This document shows, piece after piece, positions 38,115-48,417 of a stretch of 64,000 nucleotides of DNA. How positions within the stretch are numbered: the stretch's first letter is position 1; every line of letters begins with the position of its first letter. The notes beneath the pieces are model-generated. The model worked only from the letters and a program-made list of their open reading frames with translations. It was not told where the DNA came from and did not search any database. The position numbers and the translations under genes were made by a program. Source of the stretch: a virus (taxonomy: Duplodnaviria > Caudoviricetes). The stretch lies in the IMG/VR virus record IMGVR_UViG_3300037067_021792; one strand, given 5' to 3'.

Positions 38115-41100
38115 GTGGAATTACCTAAAGATATACAACATATAATTTCGACAGTGAGCAATGCCGCTCAACGATGCGGTACGTCTGCATATTTATCTGG
38201 TGATTATGCGAAATTAGTAATAACAGACAGAATCACTCCTAACCCAAAAAATTCTATAGATTTTATCTTAATTAATAGTTCAGAATTATCTATACCAACT
38301 TTCTATAGTTATATATCTGAGAAAATAACTATAAATAGTGAAATAAAGAATTCTGAAGAGGTATATTCCGTTATTTCGTATCCCTACATTCTTAATTTTT
38401 TTATTCGAAATAGTATTTGTGATGAGAATCAAAGATTTTCTATTGATAATATATATTATGATATATCTAAAGAGATTGTAATCGGTAACAAATCTGAAAT
38501 AATATCTGATCCGATAGTGCTAAACTATGTTGGTATAGAAAATTTCGGGATGGATGATGTTATTGACTTAGTTCTAAAAATATCTAATTTAGGAAAATGT
38601 GAGATACGTAATCTGGATTCTTTAAAAAATATTAAGCTATCTGATTTAAAGTATGGTTTGGGAAATAGTAAATTAGATATAGTAGTGGATATTCTATTAA
38701 CAAACAATCCTGGAACTGCAATCAAATTTATTGAGTCCACATTTAAAGACGGCAAACAGTGGATGGTGGAAAATCTGTTATCCTCTATGGCTGCATTGGA
38801 AATACCAATTAGTGAGGACATAGATTTAAAGGATATATTTAGCGATAAAAAAATTGAGCTGATAAATATATATAATGAATTCTTTCTAAGTAAAAATTCT
38901 TCCTATGAAACCCCAGAGGAAAGAAAGCTCAGATTAGCTACAACCCTAAAGCTTTTATTTGATTCTCCATCGTTGGTTGTGGATATTCCATATATTGACA
39001 GAATATCGGTTGCTATATCTAAACATCTGCAAGATGGGAAAATTCAGATGTTTGAAATCCCAGGTGATTGCGAGTATCCCCCATGTCCAACTTGTGACCC
39101 TACTCAATGCGGCGAAACGGGACCATCTTGTTGTTGCTGTTCATCTGTTGATATAGTTGATCAAGTGCAGTTGGAATGTCATCACAAGGTCGTAATTTCG
39201 TGCGATTCAACCGGAACAAAACCAGGGCCCAATGATGACCCGTTTCCCGCAGGATGTTCACGATGTCTAGAATCATGCAGTGGAGTTTTGGGGGTTCCTG
39301 GATATACAGATTTTTGTTCGGGAGATTTGCCATCATGGTGGTTTTTGATCCCTCCTGTGCCGTGTCAATGTGAGTGTGCAATACCCGGCTCGCCAGATTG
39401 CAATTTAACTTGTATGTACTGCAAGGGGGATAATACAAGATGCAGATCTTTAGTGAGCATCCAACCATATGATTGTAATTACGTGGTGTCTCTCACCCCA
39501 GGACCTGAATGCTGTGGTGCGCCCGCATTTATAAATTGGATGTTTGTTTTAGATTTTTCAGGCAGCATGTCAGGAAAAATTGATGAAATTATTAATGAAA
39601 TTGGCATTTTAACCCAAAAATTAGAAGATACAGCTGCAACGGCTAATTTTGCATGTACTATGTTTGGTTATAATATTCCCGGCTCCGACGCAATTCCAAT
39701 AGTAATTATTGAGTGGACATCAGATGCTAAATCATTTACAGACAATTTACAAATACAAAAAAACAAATTCCTAGGTGGTTCTATAGAGTATGATTTACTA
39801 GCTGTTAGCAAATCGATTACCGAAATCGAATGGCCACAAGCATCGTCCAGTTTTATATTCTTAATTGGCGATGAGCCAACTCAGGATCCTAGCAGAATTG
39901 ATGATAGACTATCCGGAGTAATACAATTATGTAATTTTAAGAACATAACTGTTCACGTAGCCGATATATATTCTGAGCATAGGCAAAAACTAGTGTCTTC
40001 TACCGGCGGGCAGAGATTTAATATTTCTGAGTCATTTAGTAATATAGTTGACTCATTAAATTTGGCTGCATTTCCTACCAGTTGCGACTGTTTAGATCTT
40101 AATCCAATACCAGTATATTTAAATACTCCAGAATGTGAATGCCCACAAGACCCCACCGGAGTATATTGCCGAGATCATCCGGAAGTTCAGGGATTAGAAA
40201 ATTGGTCTGAAAAATGTATGTCAATACCGATTGAAAAATGTACATCAGGAGAAACATGTAATTGTGATTGGCCTATTAGCTTATTTGTTTGTGGAACAAG
40301 CATTCAGATAACACCAACCAGCGTAAATCAGGTATGCTGTGGCGAGTTGGAGGGGTTTAATTGTGATTGTCCGTCCGTGACAGACCCCAGAGTGTGTTGT
40401 GGGGTGGATTGCCAACCATTATGCGATCCAATCGAGCCAAAATCAGTATACAACACATTGTCTGACGCTCAGCAATCGATATGGTTTAATTGCACGCAGG
40501 AGGCTGCATATGCCATTGACGAGTCATGCTATGCATTCGCAGATGGAAAGGGAGGATTTTATCAGAAATGTAAGGATGAGGTATATAGTGAAATTGAATC
40601 AGCATTTTCACAATGTTTCGAAGGACCAGACATTCCAGAAGGCGAAAAAGTCCCTTGGACATGTATGGCTGCAAAATGCCTGGCAGATGAGAGTATTCCT
40701 GATATTAGTTTAGATTGTGTATCGACTCAACATCCGGATGTTACAGTTCTAAATAATGGAATAGGAATTGTATGCTATGAAAGCTTAGATGAAGATAAAG
40801 CTCCCGTCATTAAAATTGCGCAATTTAAAACCAGTGTAGATTACGTTCTGTTATCCAATAGAGAATTTAATTTCGGAAGACTGCAAAATAATAAAAATTG
40901 GTCAAACGGTAAAGCTAAGCTATATTACTACGATGATTTGCCAATAGAAATATTACAAGGATCAAGCACTACTGAAATAAATCCAGATGGGTCGGAATGG
41001 AAAGATGCTATAGGATTTTCTTCTGGGCCACTGCAGGGCCAATGCTTTCCTCTTGGCAAGACAGAGATTGGTGTTCCGTATGGTGAAGATGAGAATGGAA

Positions 41101-44100
41101 GATTTTTGATATTCATTACTACGAATTCAATATTGAGTAGTGAATTCCCAAGTGATGACGACATATACAATATAAAATGGTTTTTGTGGGATGTACAAAG
41201 TGCAGGCAAAAAAATAGGAGATGCTTCTGCCACGGGTGGACAAAATGCTCAGTCTTATCCATATAGTAGATTTTTGTTTGATAACAGCGGGGTGGTAAAT
41301 AATATTTTATCAGGAGAGCGGGTAACGTCTCATATCTACAATGGAACAGCGGCTCCAGTGTCCAATCCTAGAATAGTCACTCTGTGTAATTATACTAGTC
41401 AACCATATGAAAATTCTCAAGTGCTTTATTTTACATACCAAGCACTTGAAGATAATAGATGGAAAGTATACTTAAAGCAATTGAGACTTTCTGAATATAA
41501 AAAAGACGATCAGATTATTGAGTCGATTCAACAAAATACGCTGATAAAATTGTCTAGTCTTGGTATAACCGATCTGATATATCGCATTGTATGTGTAAAC
41601 GATAAATGTACCGATATAGGAGAATCCAAATTTTTACTAGAAAAAATAGTCACATTTGAAGTATTAACAACTGACGGAAGAGAAGTTTTGAATCCCCAGT
41701 TTTCCTCGACCACAGAAACCTGGGGATCCCTATGCTCGGGCGTTCCTGAATTTGAATTTCCTAAGCGTAAATTATTTACAAAGTTTACTCACTCACTGAC
41801 AACGGATAAGTGCCCAGATGAATTTGGCTTTAAAGACCTGTTTCAAAATTGGACTGCTGGACAGGAATATATAGTGCCATTTACAGTGGTATCCTCCCAG
41901 TCTTTGTGGAATTTTATTAAAAGGACCAGCGATCTGGCGATAGAGCCAGGACAATATAGTAATCTGGTAATTAGCGGGATCAATGTAAATCTTTCAACCA
42001 TCTCGTCTATATGGTATGAAAATAAAACAGATTCTGAATGGAGTGTAATATCGGAATCTGATCTTTCCGATATGATGTCATATAAAGGAATGGATATCAG
42101 TGAGCCTATCCTTATATCGGTAGATGAGTCTGGAAATTGTACAAATCCCGTAATAAAGACCGATTCTAATAATGACGTTTTTATTGCATATGAACATACT
42201 GACATAAACGGGTTGCACAACATCAAACTGGTCGGCACCTGCCAACCGGTAAATATTCTGCCAGCAGGGATATACAGAGGCAAGGATATAGAATCATCTT
42301 TGGATTATTTTATATCATATGCCGATTTCGTTTACAAATGCGATATCACTTCCACCGGAGATGGGGTTAACCAACTACCGGATATGTTCATAGATTTGAA
42401 TAACGTCATACATTTAGCGTGGCAGTCCAATAGAGACAATAGATGGGAGATATACTATTGCAATTCCAACTCGTTGTTTGCCCCACAAAGGATAACTAAT
42501 CATTACGGAAAATCAATTAAACCAAAAATATCTGGTAACAAATTCGGATATTTGTTTATAGTATGGCAGGATGATAGGTATGGGAATTATGAAATCCTAA
42601 TGTCGTATAACGCAACACAACGTATTAAACCGTTATATCAACAAGACCCGTATTTGGCATCATTAAGGAATACGGGGTGGGCACACACTACCGATGATAT
42701 ACAGTTTAGTATCACCAACAATCTGAATTATCCCACATGCTACAATAATATTATTGTAAAATTTTATAATGATAGATTTTTATCTGATCTCGCATTTGAA
42801 TTGCCCGCATCTGAATATCCATTTGCATTTAATTTAAAAGATGCTCAAGATATAAATTCTAAAAATTTAGACGACATAAGCCAATGGAACACAATAGAAA
42901 ATTTCGAATTCAGTGATACATATATATTAGACCGGATAGAGTATCAATCAACTAGCAAAGAAATAGATGCATTTATTGATAATTCTGCAATTTTATCAGT
43001 AGTAATACCAAATTTGGGAAATGGTTGGCATTTGGTGTCTATTAATATCAGGGCCAGCAATACCGCAGGTCAATCTGGAGGTTGGTCCACGAATATTGAC
43101 ATAAGTGGATTATCTGGACAAACACTAGTATTGGATTATCTTTCAATACTCGGAAGATATCAACAAGTTAAAATATCATATTATAGAGATATAAATAGCA
43201 AAAATTATACGTTGATTGATTATGATGATGATGCGATATTGGAAAATAAATCTTCATGGGACAATAATCAGCCATACATAAAATTCGGTATGGACTCTGT
43301 CTCATTTGATTCATACTTGAGATTTAAAATCGATATACCATCAGGGCAAAAAATAATTGAATCCAGCCTAAAATTTTTACCATACTCTAGCCAGGCAACT
43401 ACTGTTAACGCGTTAATTAAACTACTAGACAACAATAATGCAGACTCATTCCCTGATACAATGATTAAAAACATGGTAGTATCCGATTCCCGAGATGATG
43501 CAGAAGTACATAATCGTTTCTGGACAAGTGATGGTGATACAATTGGTATTGGATACGATGGATATACCGGAGATTCATATGATGCATATTTCAGATTTCC
43601 TATAGACATTCCCAGCAATGCTTCGATAATATCTGCTAAACTAAAAATGAGATCTGCTAGTGATTCTCTTGGAGGAACTAATTTTAGGATATCGCTCATA
43701 GATACTAATGACCAATCGGAATTTTCCTCAAGCAGCAGAATTATCACACCCGTGTCAAGTTCAAAAAGCGATACATGGGGGCATAATGGAGAATTAACCA
43801 CAGATCAATCTGCATCAAAATTTTTATATTTTGGTAACGGGTCTGGAGTGACATATCAATCATACTTTAGATTTCTACTAAATGTCCCTAAAACCGAAAT
43901 AGTATCTAATGCGTATTTACTACTTACTCCATATACAACCAACTCTCAATTATGTAGTTCTATTATTAAGTTAGCATCTGTTAAGAATATTTCAGAATTT
44001 AATGAAACCGGAACAGCCGTTGTAAACGCCAGTGCTGATGCGAATTATCTGTGGTCAGGTTGGAGTTCGCCTCTGATCGGAGGACCTGCTCAGGTGGTTT

Positions 44101-47100
44101 GCTCGGGTATATATAATATAAGATTTAATAATATTCACCTGCCTACTACTCCTGCGGCAGATTATAGAGTGTATCTACATTTTGATATACCTGTATTATT
44201 ACAGGATAAAAAGTTTGTTGCCGCTTCAATATATGTTAATCGAACAACATCACAATATAGTATTCCGGTTTACAACGCGTCTCACGATCTTCATCCATGC
44301 GGATCTGTCTCAGACTTTATTCCATTTGCAATTAATCCAGTTATATATGTATCCAATCAGATCGGATGGGCACATGGAGATATTTTGCCGCTATTTTCTG
44401 AGAATATTCTAAACGAATATACATTTGCTCTAAAATCAACAGTTGCAGACGGACAGAATGATTATATCAACAGCATTGATACTGGTTTTATCCCATATTT
44501 AAACATTGATTGGGCAACAGCAGTTCCAAATCTAATGGGAGGGGTATCTTGGTCTGCATCTGGTTGGGAAATCAATGTAGAAGAAAGATCTCCAGATATT
44601 TCAGACCTAATAAATACCTGGTTAAGTTATCAAGATGTCGGGTATGTTGGTGGTAATTATATTGGTCTGGAAATTGGAGGGCAAGCAAGCAATACAGAAT
44701 TACAAACCTGTTATGCCTGGGATGACGGAAGCGGAAAACAAGCACAATTAGTGGTAGAGTATGGAGATACAGTCCCCGATGTGACATCGATGTCTGTTCT
44801 ATGGACCCCAAACGACGAGTGGAGTTTAGGAGAAGACATAGAAAGTGTGGATATTTCGTCTTTAATACAATCATATATTAGCAGGCCCGGGTATACAGCA
44901 TCTGGCAAATACATTGGCCTTGTTATTAAAAATGAGCTAAGTTTTACAAAGAAAGAGATAGACTCTTATGACGCATCTTATGGAACAGGCACAGAATTAG
45001 AGATTAAATATGTTATAAATACTGTTCCAGAAACAACCTCTAATTCTGTCATTTGGTCACCGGGTTCTTGGGAATTGGGGGTCGAAGAAGAATCTCCAGA
45101 CATATCATCGCTCGTTCAGGAATTTATTGACAGGAGCGGATATATAGAAAACAACCATATAGGCATTAAAATAGAAGAGAACGGAAGTTTTGGATACAGG
45201 GATATAGTGGCATATGATGATCCATATCTCAATAGTGTTAGTTTAGATGTTTTATATGCCGCTCCGTTATCTTGGACATTCACTTTAAATTCTATCAGTC
45301 CTCCAAGGGTTTGTTTGATGGATGGCGATACCTTCAATGGCAGTTTAAGTTTAACTCCTACTATCCGGGTAGACCAGTCGGGTTCTGTTGTATCACAGAT
45401 TCCGTTACCGATTGATTATGAAACAAATAATGCATATTTTATCCAAGTAGTAGCTACAACTGATGAAGGAAATTCAGTCGAATTTGATCAAAAACTCAGT
45501 GCATCTTGTTTAGAATGCAAACATTTGTCTCAAAATATCTGGGAACACGATTCCTGCTCTGTTAATATATTGATTAGCAATACCACTTCACAGTCTATGT
45601 CTTATAACTTTAAAATAAAATTCTATTCAGACCACAATAGACAAAAATTGATGTATGAAATTTCTAGTCTAGATAATCTTGAGTATTTTACCGTAGGAGA
45701 GAATGTTCCAGCATCTGAGCAGTGGGGCACAAATGGTCTGGATTTAGCGCAGGGAGAAGATTTTAATGTTACAGCCTGGCCAATGTTAGATAAGAACAAC
45801 GGGCTATTATGTGGTATACCGTACTATTTAGAAGTATATTATTGTTCTTCTCTAGTGCCGGATTACCATCTGTTATCAATACAGGATTGGATGTGCGAGT
45901 GCAGGTCCGAAAGGTGGACATGGATGCCAGATCATTCCGTAAAACCTCTAGGCGAAACGGCCCGGTGGCAGTGCAGCGGAGAGGGATTATCTGATATTAG
46001 GCTTACCGAAAGCATATCCAATAATCTCAATCCATCTATTATAGTGCGAAATGATTATACTGGCATTATATTATATGAAAGTAATAGACCGAAAATATTT
46101 TCTCCTAATAATACGATTGATTATGAATATAAGATTTATTGTTCGGTGTTTTCGGTTAGTCCCAATCGGCACATGTATGCGTCATCGGTAAGAAGCATAT
46201 TATCTTCGTTCTCCTATCTTATTTACAAATCAGACGTAGAATTGTGTCCGGGTCTACCATCCGAGTGTTATGATAGTAATGGAAATCGTCGGGTAATCTA
46301 TGGAAATAATGTTTCAGCAAGTGTAGACCAATTTGATAATCTATTTGTTGCCATTGAAAAACATGAAGAACCATCTGAGTGTGATATGTTTACTAAAGGA
46401 AAAGAAAAACATATAATTGTTCATAGATGCGGAATTCTAACATCAGAATTTTTATTCGATGATTTTATAGAAGAAAAACCTCAAAAGCAAACCTGCTCAT
46501 CTGATAATATTTTGAAAAAAATATACACCGTAGATGATGCTGTGTTTAATAAAACAATAAAATTAATTCGAGTTAAAAGTGAATTTGTTAAATATCACAT
46601 CACATATGCAAAAGAAAATTGTGCAGTTGTAAATCAGTGTAACATAGAATTTGAGGTTATCGGAGCACCCGAATCATCTGCTATTCAACTAAAGAATTCC
46701 GATTCCGATGTCTGGTCATCATGGATGCCCTTTAGCCCTACCATTGGAGAAAATTCCCTTAATATTAAATGGAGTTTATCCGCAGGCAGCGGTATTAAAC
46801 AAATACAATTTCAAGTTGCAACTGTAGCTGGGGTTACTGGAACGACATCGTTGAATATCATTGCTGATTATGATCCGATATCTTACTCGGTGGTGTTCTA
46901 TGGAGCTTCAGAAATAGCGCCAGACACTATGACTAATGAGGAAATCGTATCTACGATTATAAATAAGGGAGATTTATGGAAGCAAGAAAACCGACTTACT
47001 AATTTTAACGATATTCCCGTCGCGTCAGTCGGAGTAACTGTTGAATCAGTGTGGATTGATGAGTATGGAAACGAAGTTCCCGAAGGACAAGGAACGGAGG

Positions 47101-47636
47101 TTTTCAGACCTATTGAATTAAGTTCAACCTACGCACTTATTGAAATAATACCTGATATAAAATATGTGTCCCAATTTAACAGCATTTCGGATGATATTAA
47201 ATCTCAAGGGAGCGGAGAAGGGTGCATTGCGCCGACATTTGATTTTATTCATCAGGGCAGCCAAAGCTATTATAACCAGAAAACATGGTGGTCCAGGAAC
47301 AGCGACAATCAGGAAGTGTTTAGGAGTTACATACAAATTAACAAGGATGACGATTGGGGGTATAAAGATGGATTAGCAACTATTAGACCGCATTTCAAAA
47401 ATGACTGCTCAGATTCCGGATCCGTGTCTGGAATTTGTTCTGGAAATACTACCGTATTTAGTAGAAATGAAATTAATCAACTTACAACAGAAAAAACATC
47501 ATCTCAAAATCCATCTGATATTTGGAGTGAAAATAGAAATAATGTCGGTTTAATTCAATATCCAATCGTTATAAGGCCGGTAGGAGATGACCCATATTTG
47601 ATATTCGGTGATCCAAATTATTATGATCCAAATTGA
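38115..47636 (+). CDS. Giant (3173 aa) modular virion/adhesin-like protein: decayed nucleotidyltransferase-like head, Cys-rich regions, VWA, propeller repeats, nested beta-sandwich stack
   Basis: VWA FVLDFSGSMS...LIGDEP; IHLAWQSNRD/FIVWQDDRYG repeats; four YLRF/YFRF/YLHF modules; C-terminus DDPYLIFGDPNYY. Confidence 0.8.
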   Translation: MELPKDIQHIISTVSNAAQRCGTSAYLSGDYAKLVITDRITPNPKNSIDFILINSSELSIPTFYSYISEKITINSEIKNSEEVYSVISYPYILNFFIRNSICDENQRFSIDNIYYDISKEIVIGNKSEIISDPIVLNYVGIENFGMDDVIDLVLKISNLGKCEIRNLDSLKNIKLSDLKYGLGNSKLDIVVDILLTNNPGTAIKFIESTFKDGKQWMVENLLSSMAALEIPISEDIDLKDIFSDKKIELINIYNEFFLSKNSSYETPEERKLRLATTLKLLFDSPSLVVDIPYIDRISVAISKHLQDGKIQMFEIPGDCEYPPCPTCDPTQCGETGPSCCCCSSVDIVDQVQLECHHKVVISCDSTGTKPGPNDDPFPAGCSRCLESCSGVLGVPGYTDFCSGDLPSWWFLIPPVPCQCECAIPGSPDCNLTCMYCKGDNTRCRSLVSIQPYDCNYVVSLTPGPECCGAPAFINWMFVLDFSGSMSGKIDEIINEIGILTQKLEDTAATANFACTMFGYNIPGSDAIPIVIIEWTSDAKSFTDNLQIQKNKFLGGSIEYDLLAVSKSITEIEWPQASSSFIFLIGDEPTQDPSRIDDRLSGVIQLCNFKNITVHVADIYSEHRQKLVSSTGGQRFNISESFSNIVDSLNLAAFPTSCDCLDLNPIPVYLNTPECECPQDPTGVYCRDHPEVQGLENWSEKCMSIPIEKCTSGETCNCDWPISLFVCGTSIQITPTSVNQVCCGELEGFNCDCPSVTDPRVCCGVDCQPLCDPIEPKSVYNTLSDAQQSIWFNCTQEAAYAIDESCYAFADGKGGFYQKCKDEVYSEIESAFSQCFEGPDIPEGEKVPWTCMAAKCLADESIPDISLDCVSTQHPDVTVLNNGIGIVCYESLDEDKAPVIKIAQFKTSVDYVLLSNREFNFGRLQNNKNWSNGKAKLYYYDDLPIEILQGSSTTEINPDGSEWKDAIGFSSGPLQGQCFPLGKTEIGVPYGEDENGRFLIFITTNSILSSEFPSDDDIYNIKWFLWDVQSAGKKIGDASATGGQNAQSYPYSRFLFDNSGVVNNILSGERVTSHIYNGTAAPVSNPRIVTLCNYTSQPYENSQVLYFTYQALEDNRWKVYLKQLRLSEYKKDDQIIESIQQNTLIKLSSLGITDLIYRIVCVNDKCTDIGESKFLLEKIVTFEVLTTDGREVLNPQFSSTTETWGSLCSGVPEFEFPKRKLFTKFTHSLTTDKCPDEFGFKDLFQNWTAGQEYIVPFTVVSSQSLWNFIKRTSDLAIEPGQYSNLVISGINVNLSTISSIWYENKTDSEWSVISESDLSDMMSYKGMDISEPILISVDESGNCTNPVIKTDSNNDVFIAYEHTDINGLHNIKLVGTCQPVNILPAGIYRGKDIESSLDYFISYADFVYKCDITSTGDGVNQLPDMFIDLNNVIHLAWQSNRDNRWEIYYCNSNSLFAPQRITNHYGKSIKPKISGNKFGYLFIVWQDDRYGNYEILMSYNATQRIKPLYQQDPYLASLRNTGWAHTTDDIQFSITNNLNYPTCYNNIIVKFYNDRFLSDLAFELPASEYPFAFNLKDAQDINSKNLDDISQWNTIENFEFSDTYILDRIEYQSTSKEIDAFIDNSAILSVVIPNLGNGWHLVSINIRASNTAGQSGGWSTNIDISGLSGQTLVLDYLSILGRYQQVKISYYRDINSKNYTLIDYDDDAILENKSSWDNNQPYIKFGMDSVSFDSYLRFKIDIPSGQKIIESSLKFLPYSSQATTVNALIKLLDNNNADSFPDTMIKNMVVSDSRDDAEVHNRFWTSDGDTIGIGYDGYTGDSYDAYFRFPIDIPSNASIISAKLKMRSASDSLGGTNFRISLIDTNDQSEFSSSSRIITPVSSSKSDTWGHNGELTTDQSASKFLYFGNGSGVTYQSYFRFLLNVPKTEIVSNAYLLLTPYTTNSQLCSSIIKLASVKNISEFNETGTAVVNASADANYLWSGWSSPLIGGPAQVVCSGIYNIRFNNIHLPTTPAADYRVYLHFDIPVLLQDKKFVAASIYVNRTTSQYSIPVYNASHDLHPCGSVSDFIPFAINPVIYVSNQIGWAHGDILPLFSENILNEYTFALKSTVADGQNDYINSIDTGFIPYLNIDWATAVPNLMGGVSWSASGWEINVEERSPDISDLINTWLSYQDVGYVGGNYIGLEIGGQASNTELQTCYAWDDGSGKQAQLVVEYGDTVPDVTSMSVLWTPNDEWSLGEDIESVDISSLIQSYISRPGYTASGKYIGLVIKNELSFTKKEIDSYDASYGTGTELEIKYVINTVPETTSNSVIWSPGSWELGVEEESPDISSLVQEFIDRSGYIENNHIGIKIEENGSFGYRDIVAYDDPYLNSVSLDVLYAAPLSWTFTLNSISPPRVCLMDGDTFNGSLSLTPTIRVDQSGSVVSQIPLPIDYETNNAYFIQVVATTDEGNSVEFDQKLSASCLECKHLSQNIWEHDSCSVNILISNTTSQSMSYNFKIKFYSDHNRQKLMYEISSLDNLEYFTVGENVPASEQWGTNGLDLAQGEDFNVTAWPMLDKNNGLLCGIPYYLEVYYCSSLVPDYHLLSIQDWMCECRSERWTWMPDHSVKPLGETARWQCSGEGLSDIRLTESISNNLNPSIIVRNDYTGIILYESNRPKIFSPNNTIDYEYKIYCSVFSVSPNRHMYASSVRSILSSFSYLIYKSDVELCPGLPSECYDSNGNRRVIYGNNVSASVDQFDNLFVAIEKHEEPSECDMFTKGKEKHIIVHRCGILTSEFLFDDFIEEKPQKQTCSSDNILKKIYTVDDAVFNKTIKLIRVKSEFVKYHITYAKENCAVVNQCNIEFEVIGAPESSAIQLKNSDSDVWSSWMPFSPTIGENSLNIKWSLSAGSGIKQIQFQVATVAGVTGTTSLNIIADYDPISYSVVFYGASEIAPDTMTNEEIVSTIINKGDLWKQENRLTNFNDIPVASVGVTVESVWIDEYGNEVPEGQGTEVFRPIELSSTYALIEIIPDIKYVSQFNSISDDIKSQGSGEGCIAPTFDFIHQGSQSYYNQKTWWSRNSDNQEVFRSYIQINKDDDWGYKDGLATIRPHFKNDCSDSGSVSGICSGNTTVFSRNEINQLTTEKTSSQNPSDIWSENRNNVGLIQYPIVIRPVGDDPYLIFGDPNYYDPN

Positions 47637-48417
47637 ATTTAAAATTAATAAATGTTCTAACGATAGCATTATTGAGATTAGAGCATGTCTGTACTGTCCA
47701 TTAGAATACAGCTCTATTGAGATAATGTTCAGAAGAAATAACGATATAATTCCAATTATAGATTCTTCTGCTGGGTATATCTTAGGTCATCGCGTTATTG
47801 TTAATCAAAAAATTAAGGTCATTGCAATAAATATATACAATGATAGTTGTGATGATATATCATGTGTGGTGGAATATTTAAATCAAGGACAAATGATTCA
47901 CTACGATTACAGTATTATCAAATTAAATACTAGAGATAATTTAAATCCAGAAATTAGATCAGATAAAATACCTATAGGATATTCTTCTTTAAAATTGCCA
48001 TCTAAAATAAAAATTCGTGTTTTTGACGATATAGTATTGAATTTATTATGCCCATCAGATTCATTTGTGGCATCGTTCGGAGATATGTCTAATGCTATAA
48101 CCAAAACAGATATAATTTTTTATGTATACAAAAATGCCAAAACAGTGACAATACCAAAGGAAGTAGTATGGATAAATTACAATAATTATATCGGCTCGGA
48201 ATTAAGATGTTGTGAATTGGTGAGATCGGTATCTCATAGTGTTAATATATTACATAAAGTCGAAATATCTGATATAATTAGTTTATCTGACATTCCATCC
48301 AAAAAACCGGTTAATCTAACAGATTTTAGAACGCCGACCAAGCAAATGTTTGACTGGGACGAATGGAAATTAAGCGATTTATCATTATTGCCTGTGTACA
48401 AGGCTAAAAGTCAATGA
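47623..48417 (+). CDS. Partner protein B of giant-protein cassette 2 (paralogue of 36972..38114)
   Basis: MIQIEFKIN...VTIPKEVVW...FRTPTK. Confidence 0.68.
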   Translation: MIQIEFKINKCSNDSIIEIRACLYCPLEYSSIEIMFRRNNDIIPIIDSSAGYILGHRVIVNQKIKVIAINIYNDSCDDISCVVEYLNQGQMIHYDYSIIKLNTRDNLNPEIRSDKIPIGYSSLKLPSKIKIRVFDDIVLNLLCPSDSFVASFGDMSNAITKTDIIFYVYKNAKTVTIPKEVVWINYNNYIGSELRCCELVRSVSHSVNILHKVEISDIISLSDIPSKKPVNLTDFRTPTKQMFDWDEWKLSDLSLLPVYKAKSQ

